Assembly (NCBI GenBank): GCA_003170275.1
Contig: PNAM01000096.1
Location: 34,944-98,943, forward strand
Direction of reading: 5' to 3'
Length of the DNA: 64,000 nt
From: Myxococcales bacterium
GTDB lineage: Bacteria > Myxococcota_A > Polyangia > Palsa-1104
Shown: positions 48,116-60,405 of the stretch, one piece after another
How positions within the stretch are numbered: the first letter of the stretch is position 1
How the letters are laid out: each line of letters opens with the position of its first letter
Notes under the pieces: model-generated
What the model saw: only the letters and a program-made list of their open reading frames with translations
Told to the model about the DNA's origin: nothing
The model's database searches: none
Position numbers and translations under genes: made by a program

Positions 48116-48259
48116 ATGAACGACTTCTTCGAAAACGTGAACGACAAGGTGGACTTCGAGGACGAGGAAACGCTCGAGTTCGGCCTCGGCGAGATGGACT
48201 CGGGGCTGGAAGAGACGACGTGGGAGTGGGACGGGATGAACTGGACCAAGCTCCACTAG
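48116..48259 (+). CDS. 47-aa acidic small protein with Trp-rich C-terminus
   Basis: GAGGTG SD, sigma54 box and strongly GC3-biased codons; MNDFFENVNDKVDFEDEETLEFGLGEMDSGLEETTWEWDGMNWTKLH. Confidence 0.75.
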   Translation: MNDFFENVNDKVDFEDEETLEFGLGEMDSGLEETTWEWDGMNWTKLH

Positions 48260-48272
48260 CCTGTTGCTTGAG

Positions 48273-51071
<2,799 letters not shown>

Positions 51072-51179
51072 GATCGTTCACCTGAGGTAGGCGCTGCGCA
51101 TCATACCGCCATGCGCAATGGTTGCGCGAACCCTTGGAACCCTTGACGGGGCCGGGCGGCGGGCCGACCCTCTCGGACG

Positions 51180-52709
51180 GTGAGCCCGTTGCGGTCGGTG
51201 ACCCATTACCTGCGCGCCGCGACCCGGGCGGCGACCCGGCTCACCGAGCGGCTCGAGCTCGAGCACGTGGTGCAGACCGCGGTCGGCACGCTGGTCGAAG
51301 ACTTCGACGCGGCGCTCGCGCGCCTGTGGCTCCACGATCCGGTCGCCGGGCGGCTGGTGCTGCGCGGATCGGCCGGCCTGTCGAGCGAGGTGACCGACAG
51401 CTCGCTCGAAGTTGCGCGCACGCGGCAGCCTCTGTTGCGCAACCAGCTGGCGGGCGATCTCGCGGCCGCGGTCGACTTCCCGCTGCTCTCGGGCGGCGAG
51501 CTGCTCGGCGTGGTCTCGTGTTTCTTTCGCCAGCCGCTCGAGGACGAGGTGTTCGAGGTGCTGGGGACGCTGGCGGTGTTGATCTCCTCGGTGCTCACCG
51601 ACGTCAAGCTGGTGCAGGCCGAGCGCGCCTCCCGCGATCGGCTCGAGCAGCAGCAGCAATGGCTCGAAGGCGTGCTCGATCTGTTGCCGCTGCCGGTGGT
51701 GCTCTCGGAGCCGCGCACCGGCAAGCTGCTGCTCACCAACAAGCTCGCCGAGGAGCTGCTCGCCGGGCAGGAGGGCAAGGACTTCTACTTCACCGATCGC
51801 GACGGGCAGCTGATCCCGGACGAGCAGACCCCGCGCCAGCGCGCCGCGCGCGGCGAAGAGCTGCGCAGCGTCGAGCTGATCTGGCACACGCCCGACGGGG
51901 CGCGCCCGCTCTTGTTCAACAGCGGGTTGGTGCCGGCGGGGTTGGGACATCCGGATACGCTGATGCTGGTGGCGCAGGACGTCAGCCGCCTCAAGCAGGT
52001 CGAGGCCGAGCTGCAGCAGGCGGTGCGCGCGCGGGACGAGTTCCTGTCGATCGCGTCGCACGAGCTGAAGACGCCGCTCACGTCGCTGATGTTGCAGGTG
52101 CAGGGCGTGCGGCGCGGGCTGGAGAAGCGGCCCGACGAGCTCTCGGTCGAGCGGCTCTTGCCGCGCGTGCTGGTGATCGAGCGGCAGGCCGAGCGGCTGG
52201 CCCGGCTGGTGAACGATCTGCTCGACGTCTCGCGCGCGTCGGCCGGGCAGCTGCGCCTCGAGGAGGAGCAGGTCGATCTGTCGCTGCTCCTCGAGGAGAT
52301 CGTCGAGCGCCTGGGCGCCGACTTCGAGAAGGCCGGCAGCCGCGTGTCGCTCTCCGCCGCGCCGCTGTTGGTGGGCGCCTGGGATCGGCTGCGGCTCGAG
52401 CAGGCGCTGACCAACCTGTTGTCGAACGCGATGAAGTACGGCGCCGGCAAACCGATCGAGATCGCGGCCGTGCGCGCTGGCGATCAGGTGGAGGTGCGAG
52501 TGCGCGACCGGGGAATCGGCATCGAGCACGCGCAGCAGTCGCGCATCTTCGACCGCTTCGCGCGCGCCGTCTCGGAGCGCAACTACGGCGGGTTCGGGCT
52601 GGGGCTGTGGATCGCCCGCCGGTTCGTCGAGGCGATGCGCGGTACGATCACCGTCGAGAGCGTGCAAGGCGAAGGAGCGACGTTCACCGTGCGGTTGCCG
52701 CTGACCTGA
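51180..52709 (+). CDS. Cytoplasmic sensor histidine kinase (GAF-PAS-HisKA-HATPase)
   Basis: ASHELKTPL H-box, NLLSNAMKY, DRGIGI, GFGLGL; no TM segment. Confidence 0.93.
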   Translation: MSPLRSVTHYLRAATRAATRLTERLELEHVVQTAVGTLVEDFDAALARLWLHDPVAGRLVLRGSAGLSSEVTDSSLEVARTRQPLLRNQLAGDLAAAVDFPLLSGGELLGVVSCFFRQPLEDEVFEVLGTLAVLISSVLTDVKLVQAERASRDRLEQQQQWLEGVLDLLPLPVVLSEPRTGKLLLTNKLAEELLAGQEGKDFYFTDRDGQLIPDEQTPRQRAARGEELRSVELIWHTPDGARPLLFNSGLVPAGLGHPDTLMLVAQDVSRLKQVEAELQQAVRARDEFLSIASHELKTPLTSLMLQVQGVRRGLEKRPDELSVERLLPRVLVIERQAERLARLVNDLLDVSRASAGQLRLEEEQVDLSLLLEEIVERLGADFEKAGSRVSLSAAPLLVGAWDRLRLEQALTNLLSNAMKYGAGKPIEIAAVRAGDQVEVRVRDRGIGIEHAQQSRIFDRFARAVSERNYGGFGLGLWIARRFVEAMRGTITVESVQGEGATFTVRLPLT

Positions 52710-52718
52710 GCGGTTGAT

Positions 52719-55013
52719 CTAGCGCGAGGCGACGGCCAGCACCTGCTTCAGATCGGTGACGCCCAGCATGGCCTTCTGGATGCCGTCCTGCAGCAGCGTG
52801 ACCATGCCCGCCTCGATGGCCTTGTCGCGGATCTGATCGATGGGCGACTTGTGCGCGATCAGCCGTTTGATCTCATCGTTGTTGATGAGCAGCTCGTGCA
52901 GGCCGATGCGCCCCTTGTAGCCCGAGCCGCCGCAGTTGTCGCAGCCCTTGCCGAAGTAGAGCGTGAACTCGGGGTACTTGATGCCCTGCGCCTCCAGCAC
53001 CTCGGGCCCGCCGAACGCCGCCGCGATCTGATCGAACTCTTCTTTGAGCGGCGCGCGCGGCTCCTTGCACGCCTTGCACAACGAGCGCGCCAGGCGTTGC
53101 GCGAGCACGCCGAGCAGCGAGTCGGCGAAGCTGAACGGATCGAGCTCCATGTCGAGGAGGCGCGTGATGGTCTCGGGCGCGGAGTTGGTGTGCAGCGTCG
53201 AGACCACCAGGTGTCCGGTGAGCGACGCCTCGATGCCGGTCTCCGCCGTCTCCTTGTCGCGCATCTCGCCGACCATGATCACGTCCGGATCGGCACGCAA
53301 GAACGCGCGCATCGCCGCCTCGAAGGTGAACCCGATCTTCGGCTGCACCTGCACCTGGCGCAGCCCGTACTGCGTGATCTCGACGGGATCTTCGGCGGTC
53401 CAGATCTTCATGTCGACGGTGTTGATGAAGCCCAGGCACGAGTGCAGCGTGGTGGTCTTGCCGGAGCCGGTCGGCCCGACGCACAAGATCAGCCCGTACG
53501 GTTTCTTGAACACCTCCTTGACGCCGGCCAGCGTGCGCTCGCTCATCCCCATCTGCTCGAGCGGCAGCGGCTTGGACGCGGCGAGGATACGCATGACCAC
53601 GTCCTCGTTGCCGTTCGCGGTCGGGATGGTGGCGACGCGCAGCTCGAGCCCGCGGTCCTTCATCTTGATCTTGATCTTGCCGTCCTGCGGCTTGCGCTTC
53701 TCGGCGATGTCCAGGTTCGCCATGATCTTCAGGCGCGCCACCAGCGCGGTGCGGTACTGCGGCGGGATCTCCTGGTAGGCGATGCAATCGCCGTCGATGC
53801 GAAAGCGCACCACCGTCGCGCGCTCGCGCCCGTACGGCTCGATGTGGATGTCGGAGGCGCCGCGCTTGTAGGCGTCGGCGATGATCTGGTTGGCCAGCTT
53901 GATCACCGCCGAGTCCGACTCGCCGACGTTTTCGTTGTTGCCATCTTCGAGCGGCGGTCCGTCGGCGCTGCCGCCCTCCTTGATGCTCTCCTGCGTGAGC
54001 TCCTTCAGGATCGAGCCCATGTTGCCGCCTATGCCGTACGACTGCTCGATGAGCCCGATGATCTCGTCGCGGAAGCCGACCTGCAGCTCGATCTTGAGCC
54101 CGTGCTCGAGCGCCTTGAGCGCGTCGGCGCGCCCGAGATCGTTGGGATCGTCGATCACCACCACGATCGCGCCCGGCTTGCGATCCACCGGCGCGGCGCA
54201 GATCTGCTTGAGGTACTCGACCTTCACCTTCTTGCGCAGGTCCTCGGGGATCGACTCCTTGCCGGTGAAGCGGAAGAACTCGCAGTTGTAGAACAGCGCC
54301 AGCGACCGCTCGACCTGCTGCCGCTGGATGCCCACCTTCTCGATCAGCCAGCGCGGCAGATCGGTCTTGTTGGCGGCGGCGTCGCTCTTGGCCTTGTCGA
54401 GATCCACCTCCGAGATCGCGCCCCCGTCGATCAGCGCGTCCCACTTGCCGGGCTTGCGCTGCTGCGTCAGCGCCTTCATCTGGTTGAGGTTGTAGAACGC
54501 CATCCCCAGGTTGCGCGCGATCTCCTCGGCGGAGACCTGATCGCGCGGGTTGAACGGCGTGCGGTCCTTCTTGTTGATCGCCTGCACCGCGCCGAGCAGG
54601 TTGCCTTCGTAGAGCACCGGCACGCACAGCATCGAGCGCGTGACGAAGCCCGACGCCTTGTCCCAGCGATCGTCGAACTGGAGCTGCGGATGGATCTTCT
54701 TCAGCTCGCCGGCCTCGTACACGTTGGCGATGTTGACGGCCTTCTTGGCGACGCCGACGAACCCCGCGATGCTGGTCGCATCCACGCCGACGCGGATCTC
54801 CTTGAACTCGCCGCCGGTCTTGGCGAGCGAATAGAAGTGTCGATTCTTGGTATCGAGCGCGAAGATGGTCACGCGCTCGGCCGAGAGCATTTCCAGGATC
54901 TTGCTCTGCGCGCCGGGCAGCAGCTCTTCGAGGCTATTCGCCCCGGAAATGAAGGTAGAGAGCGCGTGCAGCCGCTTGCGGAGCTCCAGTTGCTGTGCCG
55001 GGTCGTCGGCCAT
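52719..55013 (-). CDS. GAF-domain-fused PilB/GspE-family secretion ATPase
   Basis: N-terminal GAF (FDDRWDKASGFVTRSMLCVP...QAINKK); ASDIHIEP, GPTGSGKTT, AEDPVE, DPDVIMVGEMRD, STLHTN, CKAC/CDNC Zn motif. Confidence 0.93.
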   Translation of the reverse strand: MADDPAQQLELRKRLHALSTFISGANSLEELLPGAQSKILEMLSAERVTIFALDTKNRHFYSLAKTGGEFKEIRVGVDATSIAGFVGVAKKAVNIANVYEAGELKKIHPQLQFDDRWDKASGFVTRSMLCVPVLYEGNLLGAVQAINKKDRTPFNPRDQVSAEEIARNLGMAFYNLNQMKALTQQRKPGKWDALIDGGAISEVDLDKAKSDAAANKTDLPRWLIEKVGIQRQQVERSLALFYNCEFFRFTGKESIPEDLRKKVKVEYLKQICAAPVDRKPGAIVVVIDDPNDLGRADALKALEHGLKIELQVGFRDEIIGLIEQSYGIGGNMGSILKELTQESIKEGGSADGPPLEDGNNENVGESDSAVIKLANQIIADAYKRGASDIHIEPYGRERATVVRFRIDGDCIAYQEIPPQYRTALVARLKIMANLDIAEKRKPQDGKIKIKMKDRGLELRVATIPTANGNEDVVMRILAASKPLPLEQMGMSERTLAGVKEVFKKPYGLILCVGPTGSGKTTTLHSCLGFINTVDMKIWTAEDPVEITQYGLRQVQVQPKIGFTFEAAMRAFLRADPDVIMVGEMRDKETAETGIEASLTGHLVVSTLHTNSAPETITRLLDMELDPFSFADSLLGVLAQRLARSLCKACKEPRAPLKEEFDQIAAAFGGPEVLEAQGIKYPEFTLYFGKGCDNCGGSGYKGRIGLHELLINNDEIKRLIAHKSPIDQIRDKAIEAGMVTLLQDGIQKAMLGVTDLKQVLAVASR

Positions 55014-55138
55014 GTCGCGATTGTATCATTCAAATCAAGTGGATGGGAGATCCGTCGTGAACGCGCCACGACGCTGGGCTTTTCTTCGCGGTCTTGTTAT
55101 TTTCTTGGCCTCTCATTTATTGAACGGGGGTTACGCAG

Positions 55139-55888
55139 ATGGCGGAATCGTTTTCGGTCTCGGATCTAATCCCCGCTTCGCCCGAGCGGATCTACAACGC
55201 ATGGCTGGACGGTGGTGAGCACGCCGCGATGACCGGCGGCGGCGCCACGGGCGACAGGAACGTGGGCGGGCAGTTCACGGCGTGGGACGGCTACATCAAG
55301 GGCGTCAACCTCGAGCTCGAGCCGGGCAAGCGCATCGTGCAGGCGTGGCGCTCGCAGGACTTCCCCGACGGAAGCGCGGACTCGCGCATCGAGCTGTTGC
55401 TCGAGGCGGCCGACGGCGGCACGCGGATCACGCTCAACCACACCGAGATCCCCGACGGGCAGTCGGGCGACTACGAAGAGGGCTGGCGCGATCACTACTT
55501 CACGCCGATGCGGAAATATTTCGCCGGGTCGAGCGCGGACACCGCGTCGCGCGCGGCGACCACCAGGTCGATGCCTGCCATCGCCATGCCGCCGGCCGAG
55601 GCGTGGGAAGAAGTGGCCGAGGAGCCGACGCGCCCCGATGACATCCATCGCGTCGCGGCGAAAGCGAAGCCGGCCGCGAAGCCGAAAGCGAAGGCAGCGC
55701 CCAAGAAGAAGGCGCCTGCAAAAGCCAAGGCCGCTCCGAAGAAAAAGAAGGCCGCGCCCAAGAAGCCGGTCAAGAAAGCCGCGCCGAAGAAGAAGCCCGC
55801 CCCCAAGAAGAAGCCCGCCCCCAAGAAGAAGCCGGCCCCCAAGAAAACCGCCAAGAAGCCCGCCAAGAAAAAAGGAAAACGCACTTAA
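55139..55888 (+). CDS. SRPBCC (AHSA1/START-like) domain fused to a histone-H1-like Lys/Ala/Pro tail
   Basis: IYNAWLD, FTAWDGYIKG..LELEPGKRIVQAWR, GWRDHYF; C-terminal ~70 aa of KKAP/KKKPAP repeats. Confidence 0.9.
   Translation: MAESFSVSDLIPASPERIYNAWLDGGEHAAMTGGGATGDRNVGGQFTAWDGYIKGVNLELEPGKRIVQAWRSQDFPDGSADSRIELLLEAADGGTRITLNHTEIPDGQSGDYEEGWRDHYFTPMRKYFAGSSADTASRAATTRSMPAIAMPPAEAWEEVAEEPTRPDDIHRVAAKAKPAAKPKAKAAPKKKAPAKAKAAPKKKKAAPKKPVKKAAPKKKPAPKKKPAPKKKPAPKKTAKKPAKKKGKRT
55787..55840 (+). repeat. In-frame 18-bp tandem repeat x3 (KKKPAP)
   Basis: AAGAAGAAGCCCGCCCCC twice, then AAGAAGAAGCCGGCCCCC. Confidence 0.9.
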
Positions 55889-55907
55889 TTTAAGGCGCTC
55901 CGGCGCG

Positions 55908-57431
55908 TTATTTCGCCGGGTGTTGGGCGGCCAGCTCGGGCGGAATGCCGCCGGCGGTGGCGATCTTGGCGTAGGTGGCGACGGAAGTGCGCGGGACGCG
56001 TGTCTTTTGCGGATCGTTCTTGTCGACGGCATAAAGCCCGAGCGCGAAGCTCATGCCGTGGTTCCATTCGTAGTTGTCCATGAGCGTCCAATAGAAGTAG
56101 CCGCCGACGCTGGCGCCGTCGCGGATGGCGCGCTTGACCCAGGTGAGCGTCTGCACGATCCAGTCGGCGGCCACGCCGCTGTTGGTCTTGTCCTCGGCGC
56201 CGGTCTCGCTGATGTACATCGGCACGCCGTAGCGCTGCTTGGCGAACATCAGCACCTCGTAGATGCCTTTCGGATACGCGTAGTCGTAGGTGAGCCCGAT
56301 CGGGTTGAACGTGAGCAGCGGCGACACGTCGGGAAAGAACGAGGTCGGTGTCCCCTGCGCGATGGTTCTCGCGTAGTAGTTCACGCCGAGAAAGTCCATG
56401 CGGTTGGTCAGATCGTCCCGATGCGTTGGATTCCCGTCGAGGTTCGCGTCGAGATCGCCCTTGATCACGCCGTCGAGGAACGCCTCGTTCTCGAGGTAGT
56501 TCAGGTTCTCCGCGCCCTTTTGATCCTGCGCGTCGGTGGGATCGGCCGCCGCCACCGCCTGCAGGTTGTAGACGATGCCCACGCGCGCGGCCGTGCCGTC
56601 CCCGTCGGCGTCGACGGTGTCCGCGGCCTTGACCGCGTCGTACATGCGCGCGTGCGCCTCGATCATGGTGGCCATCGCCTGCTTGGCCTCGGTGGTCTTC
56701 AAGAACACCGCGGGCGGATTGGTGCGCTGCGCGGTCTGGAACAGGTACGCGGTCAGCACCACCGCGGTGAGCGGCTCGTTGAGCGTCGCGTACAGATCGA
56801 TGCGGTCGCCGAACTCCTCGCCGACGAAGCCGGCGTACTTGGCGATCTCGTGCAGGATGCGATCGTGGTCGACCCAGCCGCGGTTGGTGCAGTTGGCGAA
56901 GTCCACGTGGCAGCCGTACGCGTCCTCGATCCAGATCGGCAGCGTGTAGTGGTTGAGCGTCACCAGCGGCTGAAGGCCGTGCGCCTTGATCGCATCGAAC
57001 AGCGCGTGGTAGTAGGCGAGCGCCGCCGGGCTGGCCACCTGCAGGAGCGCCGCGTGCCCCTCGATGCCGTCGGTGGCGGTGGGAAACAGCCGGCTCCATT
57101 CGATCGACAAGCGCAGCGCGTTGCCGTGCAACTCATTGGTCACGCGATCGAGATCTTGCGGATAGAGCTCGAAGAACCCTGGCCCGCTCGACGGTGGATC
57201 GCCGGCGATGAACAGCATCGGATCCTGCACCAGCTCCGGCCTGGTGATGTACGTGTACCAGTCGGAGCTGCGGTCCTCGCACTCGGCCGCGCTGATCGTC
57301 GGGCAACCCATCTCGACCTGAAACCCGGCGATCGCGCTGCCGTAGAGAAACGTCTTCGGCAGCGTCAGATCCTCGGCGCTGCCGCAGCCGGCGCTGCCCA
57401 CCACGACGAGAACCCATGCGAGTCGGCCCAT
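55908..57431 (-). CDS. Glycoside hydrolase family 1, lipoprotein
   Basis: GSAG-C lipobox; FLYGSAIAGFQVE, RLSIEWSRLFP, TLNHYTLP, TLNEP (acid/base), GVNYY, ISETG (nucleophile), WTLMDNYEW. Confidence 0.93.
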   Translation of the reverse strand: MGRLAWVLVVVGSAGCGSAEDLTLPKTFLYGSAIAGFQVEMGCPTISAAECEDRSSDWYTYITRPELVQDPMLFIAGDPPSSGPGFFELYPQDLDRVTNELHGNALRLSIEWSRLFPTATDGIEGHAALLQVASPAALAYYHALFDAIKAHGLQPLVTLNHYTLPIWIEDAYGCHVDFANCTNRGWVDHDRILHEIAKYAGFVGEEFGDRIDLYATLNEPLTAVVLTAYLFQTAQRTNPPAVFLKTTEAKQAMATMIEAHARMYDAVKAADTVDADGDGTAARVGIVYNLQAVAAADPTDAQDQKGAENLNYLENEAFLDGVIKGDLDANLDGNPTHRDDLTNRMDFLGVNYYARTIAQGTPTSFFPDVSPLLTFNPIGLTYDYAYPKGIYEVLMFAKQRYGVPMYISETGAEDKTNSGVAADWIVQTLTWVKRAIRDGASVGGYFYWTLMDNYEWNHGMSFALGLYAVDKNDPQKTRVPRTSVATYAKIATAGGIPPELAAQHPAK

Positions 57432-57471
57432 TGCGGCCGATCCTACTACGCTTCGTCGCGCGGGAGCCGGC

Positions 57472-59655
57472 CTACGGCTTGAGCGTGGCGGCGAGCTTGC
57501 TCATGATGCGGGTGTAGAGCGCTTCCTTGATTGCCGGATCCGGCACCATGTGCGTAAGGCCCGGCAGCGGCAACAGATCGAACGGCTTGTTGGCGCGGAA
57601 CAGCGCTTCCGACAGCTTGAGCGAGTGGAAGAAATAGACGTTGTCGTCGCGCGTGCCGTGGATCAGCAAGAGCGGCCGTTCGAGCCGGGGCGCGTAGGTG
57701 AGCAGCGACGAGGCGTCGTAGCCCTCCTTGTTGGCGTCGGGCAGGCCGAGGTAGCGCTCGGTGTAGGCGGTGTCGTAGTCGCGCCAGTCGACCACCGGCG
57801 CGCCGGCCACCGCGACCGCGAACACGTCGGGCCGCTTGAGCACCGACAGCGCAGCCAGGTAGCCGCCGAACGACCAGCCCACCGCGCCGACGCGCGTCAG
57901 ATCGAGCTCGGGAACCTTCGCGCCGAGCGCACGCAGCGCGGCCACCTGATCGTCGAGCGTGACCTTGGCGAAGTCGTTGCGGATGGCGCGCTCCCACGCC
58001 CGCCCGCGGTTGGGTGTGCCGCGGCCGTCGATGGCGACGACGATGTAGCCGTGATCCGCCATCCACTGCCGCAACAGCGCCGGCGATTCCGCGCGCAGCA
58101 CCTGCTGATGATGCGGGCCGCCGTACACGTCGAGGATCACCGGATACTTCTTGCCCTTCTGGAACGCGCGCGGGCGCGTGAGCGCGACGTGGAATCCCTC
58201 GCTGCCGGCGGTAGTGAGCTCGAGCGTGGGAACGAACGGCGGCGCCTCGGCGACGCTGGGCAGCTCGCCGGCGAGCTTCTCGCGGCTGTACACGAACGCG
58301 CGCGGCAGCTCGGTCGCGTTGCTCGAGCGCACCACGTACACGTCGTGGCCCTTGCCGAAGATCGCCCCGTGCACGCCCGGCTCCCGGGTGATCCGCTCGG
58401 CGGTGCCGCCGGCTACAGCCACGCGATACACGTGCTGCTCGATCGGATCGGGCGCGCCCTCGAACCACGCGGTGGTGCCGTCGCTGCCGGCGAGCGCGAG
58501 GTAGCCGTCGCCGGGCGCGCTCAGGTTGGCGCGCACGTCGCCCACGCGATCGCGCAGCTCGAGCGTGCGCGTGCCCGAGCGCTCGCTCGACCAGAGGAAC
58601 GCCGAGCCGTCCGGCATCCAGCGCGGCACGGTCTGATCGAGGTTGAGCCAGTCGTCGTCGTGCTCGGCGACCAGCTGCGTGGTCTTACCGGTCTTGACGT
58701 CGGCGGCGAGCACCTGAAGATCGCGCTGCGAGCGGGACAGCACCACCAGCGTGAGCGGCGCCTTCGCCTCCTTCCACGCGACGGTGGCGAGATAGGGAAA
58801 CTTGGCGGCGTCCCACGACACGAACGTGGTCTTGCCGCCCAGCGCGGAGATCACGCCGAGCCGTACCACCACGTTGGCGGTGCCGGGGCGCGGATAGGGC
58901 GTGGCCTCGGCCTCGTGCTCCGGATGGGTGACGTCGAGCAGGTGGAAGGTCTCGACCGGCCGGCTGTCCGCTTCTTCGTAGGCGAGCTGCTTGCCGTCGG
59001 GCGACCACCACAGCCCGGTAAACCGATCGAGCTCCTCCTGCGCGATGAACTCGGCCAGCCCGTTGGAGATGCGCGGATGCGCCGAGTGCGTGAGCTGCGT
59101 CTCCTTCTTGCCGGCGAGCTCGAGCACGTACAGATCGCGATCGCGCACGTACGCCACCTTCTTGCCGTCGGGCGAAAAGTGCGGATCGACGATCGGCGAC
59201 TTGCCGGCCGGCAGCTCGCCCACGCTCCCATCGCTGCGGCGCACGGTGTACAGGCGCCCCGAGAGCGCGACCAGGATCAGCGCGCCGTCGTCCGAGAGAT
59301 CGAAGCTGGCGAAGCCGCGCGTCGACACCCGCATGCGCTCGCGGCGCGCGCGTTCCGCCGGCGAGAGCTGCTCCTCGGCGCCCTTGAGCAGCGCGGCGGG
59401 CGACAGCAGCTCGCGGGTCTTGCCGCTCGCCACGTCGAATTCGTACAACGACATCGACGCCACGCGCGGCTCGGCGCGCAGGAACAGCACCGCCTTGCCG
59501 TCGGGCGTCGGGCGAATGCCGGTCGGGCGGCCCAGGCTGAAGCCGCGCGTCTCGGCGTGCAGGCGCATGAAGCCGGGCCACGGCCCGTCGCTGCCGGCGG
59601 CGAGCGCTCCGGTGAATGGCAGGAGCAACGCGAGCGAAAGCAGCATCCGCGACAT
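57472..59655 (-). CDS. Dipeptidyl peptidase IV (S9B) family peptidase
   Basis: Signal peptide from ATG 59655; NGLAEFIAQEEL, WWSPDG, YPRPG, VYGGP, GWSFGG, YDTAYTERY, HGTRDDNV, H. Confidence 0.94.
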   Translation of the reverse strand: MSRMLLSLALLLPFTGALAAGSDGPWPGFMRLHAETRGFSLGRPTGIRPTPDGKAVLFLRAEPRVASMSLYEFDVASGKTRELLSPAALLKGAEEQLSPAERARRERMRVSTRGFASFDLSDDGALILVALSGRLYTVRRSDGSVGELPAGKSPIVDPHFSPDGKKVAYVRDRDLYVLELAGKKETQLTHSAHPRISNGLAEFIAQEELDRFTGLWWSPDGKQLAYEEADSRPVETFHLLDVTHPEHEAEATPYPRPGTANVVVRLGVISALGGKTTFVSWDAAKFPYLATVAWKEAKAPLTLVVLSRSQRDLQVLAADVKTGKTTQLVAEHDDDWLNLDQTVPRWMPDGSAFLWSSERSGTRTLELRDRVGDVRANLSAPGDGYLALAGSDGTTAWFEGAPDPIEQHVYRVAVAGGTAERITREPGVHGAIFGKGHDVYVVRSSNATELPRAFVYSREKLAGELPSVAEAPPFVPTLELTTAGSEGFHVALTRPRAFQKGKKYPVILDVYGGPHHQQVLRAESPALLRQWMADHGYIVVAIDGRGTPNRGRAWERAIRNDFAKVTLDDQVAALRALGAKVPELDLTRVGAVGWSFGGYLAALSVLKRPDVFAVAVAGAPVVDWRDYDTAYTERYLGLPDANKEGYDASSLLTYAPRLERPLLLIHGTRDDNVYFFHSLKLSEALFRANKPFDLLPLPGLTHMVPDPAIKEALYTRIMSKLAATLKP

Positions 59656-59691
59656 GCGCGGCAGCCTAGCACGTGGTGTTATGATCGGCTC

Positions 59692-60405
59692 ATGCACAGG
59701 GCCGAGGCGAGGCGCGTGGCGGAGGCGGCGATCGCGGCGGCGGCGCGCTTGCAGCTCGAGCCGCCGAAGAAGCTCGCTTCGGAGAAGACCGGCGGGCCGC
59801 CGTCGTACTCCTCTCGGCTGGCGTCGGCGTTCGCGTTCGCGGCCGAGCAGCACAAACTGCAGGTGCGCAAGGGCACGACCATCCCGTACGTGACGCACCT
59901 CATGGGCGTGGCGTCGCTGGTCGGCGAGCACGGTGGCTCCGAGGACGAGATGATCGCGGCGTTGTTGCACGACGCCGTCGAGGACACCGGCGGCGCGCCG
60001 GTGGCGGCCGAGATCGAGCGACGGTTCGGCGCGCACGTGGCCCAGATCGTCGCCGGCTGCACCGATGACGACACCGGCGCGCCCGGCGGCGCCAAGCAGC
60101 CGTGGCTCGAGCGCAAGATCAAGTACGTGCGCCGCGCGGCGGGCGAGCCGCTCGACACCGTGCGCGTCTCGGCGAGCGACAAGCTGCACAACCTGCGCGC
60201 GATCCTCGCCGACTTTCGCGAGCACGGCACGATCGTATTCGAGCGCTTCAAGGCCGGGCGCTCGGGAACGCTCTGGTACTACCGCGCGCTCGCCGACGTG
60301 TTCGCGGCCGTCGCCGCCGGGCCGGACGCCGACGACGGCTTTCGCCGGTTGGCGGCCGAGCTCGGGCGTGGCGTCGCGCAGCTGGAGGCCGAGACGCGCG
60401 TGTGA
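59692..60405 (+). CDS. Stand-alone HD-domain protein (Mesh1/small alarmone hydrolase-like)
   Basis: AFAFAAEQHKLQVRKG..IPYVTHL, AALLHDAVEDT, CTDD, ASDKLHNL; extended -10 TGtTATGAT 6 nt before the ATG. Confidence 0.88.
   Translation: MHRAEARRVAEAAIAAAARLQLEPPKKLASEKTGGPPSYSSRLASAFAFAAEQHKLQVRKGTTIPYVTHLMGVASLVGEHGGSEDEMIAALLHDAVEDTGGAPVAAEIERRFGAHVAQIVAGCTDDDTGAPGGAKQPWLERKIKYVRRAAGEPLDTVRVSASDKLHNLRAILADFREHGTIVFERFKAGRSGTLWYYRALADVFAAVAAGPDADDGFRRLAAELGRGVAQLEAETRV

Noticed and set aside
55660-55880. A-rich repetitive tract as a possible non-coding repeat
   Set aside because: Encodes the Lys/Ala/Pro tail of the SRPBCC protein.
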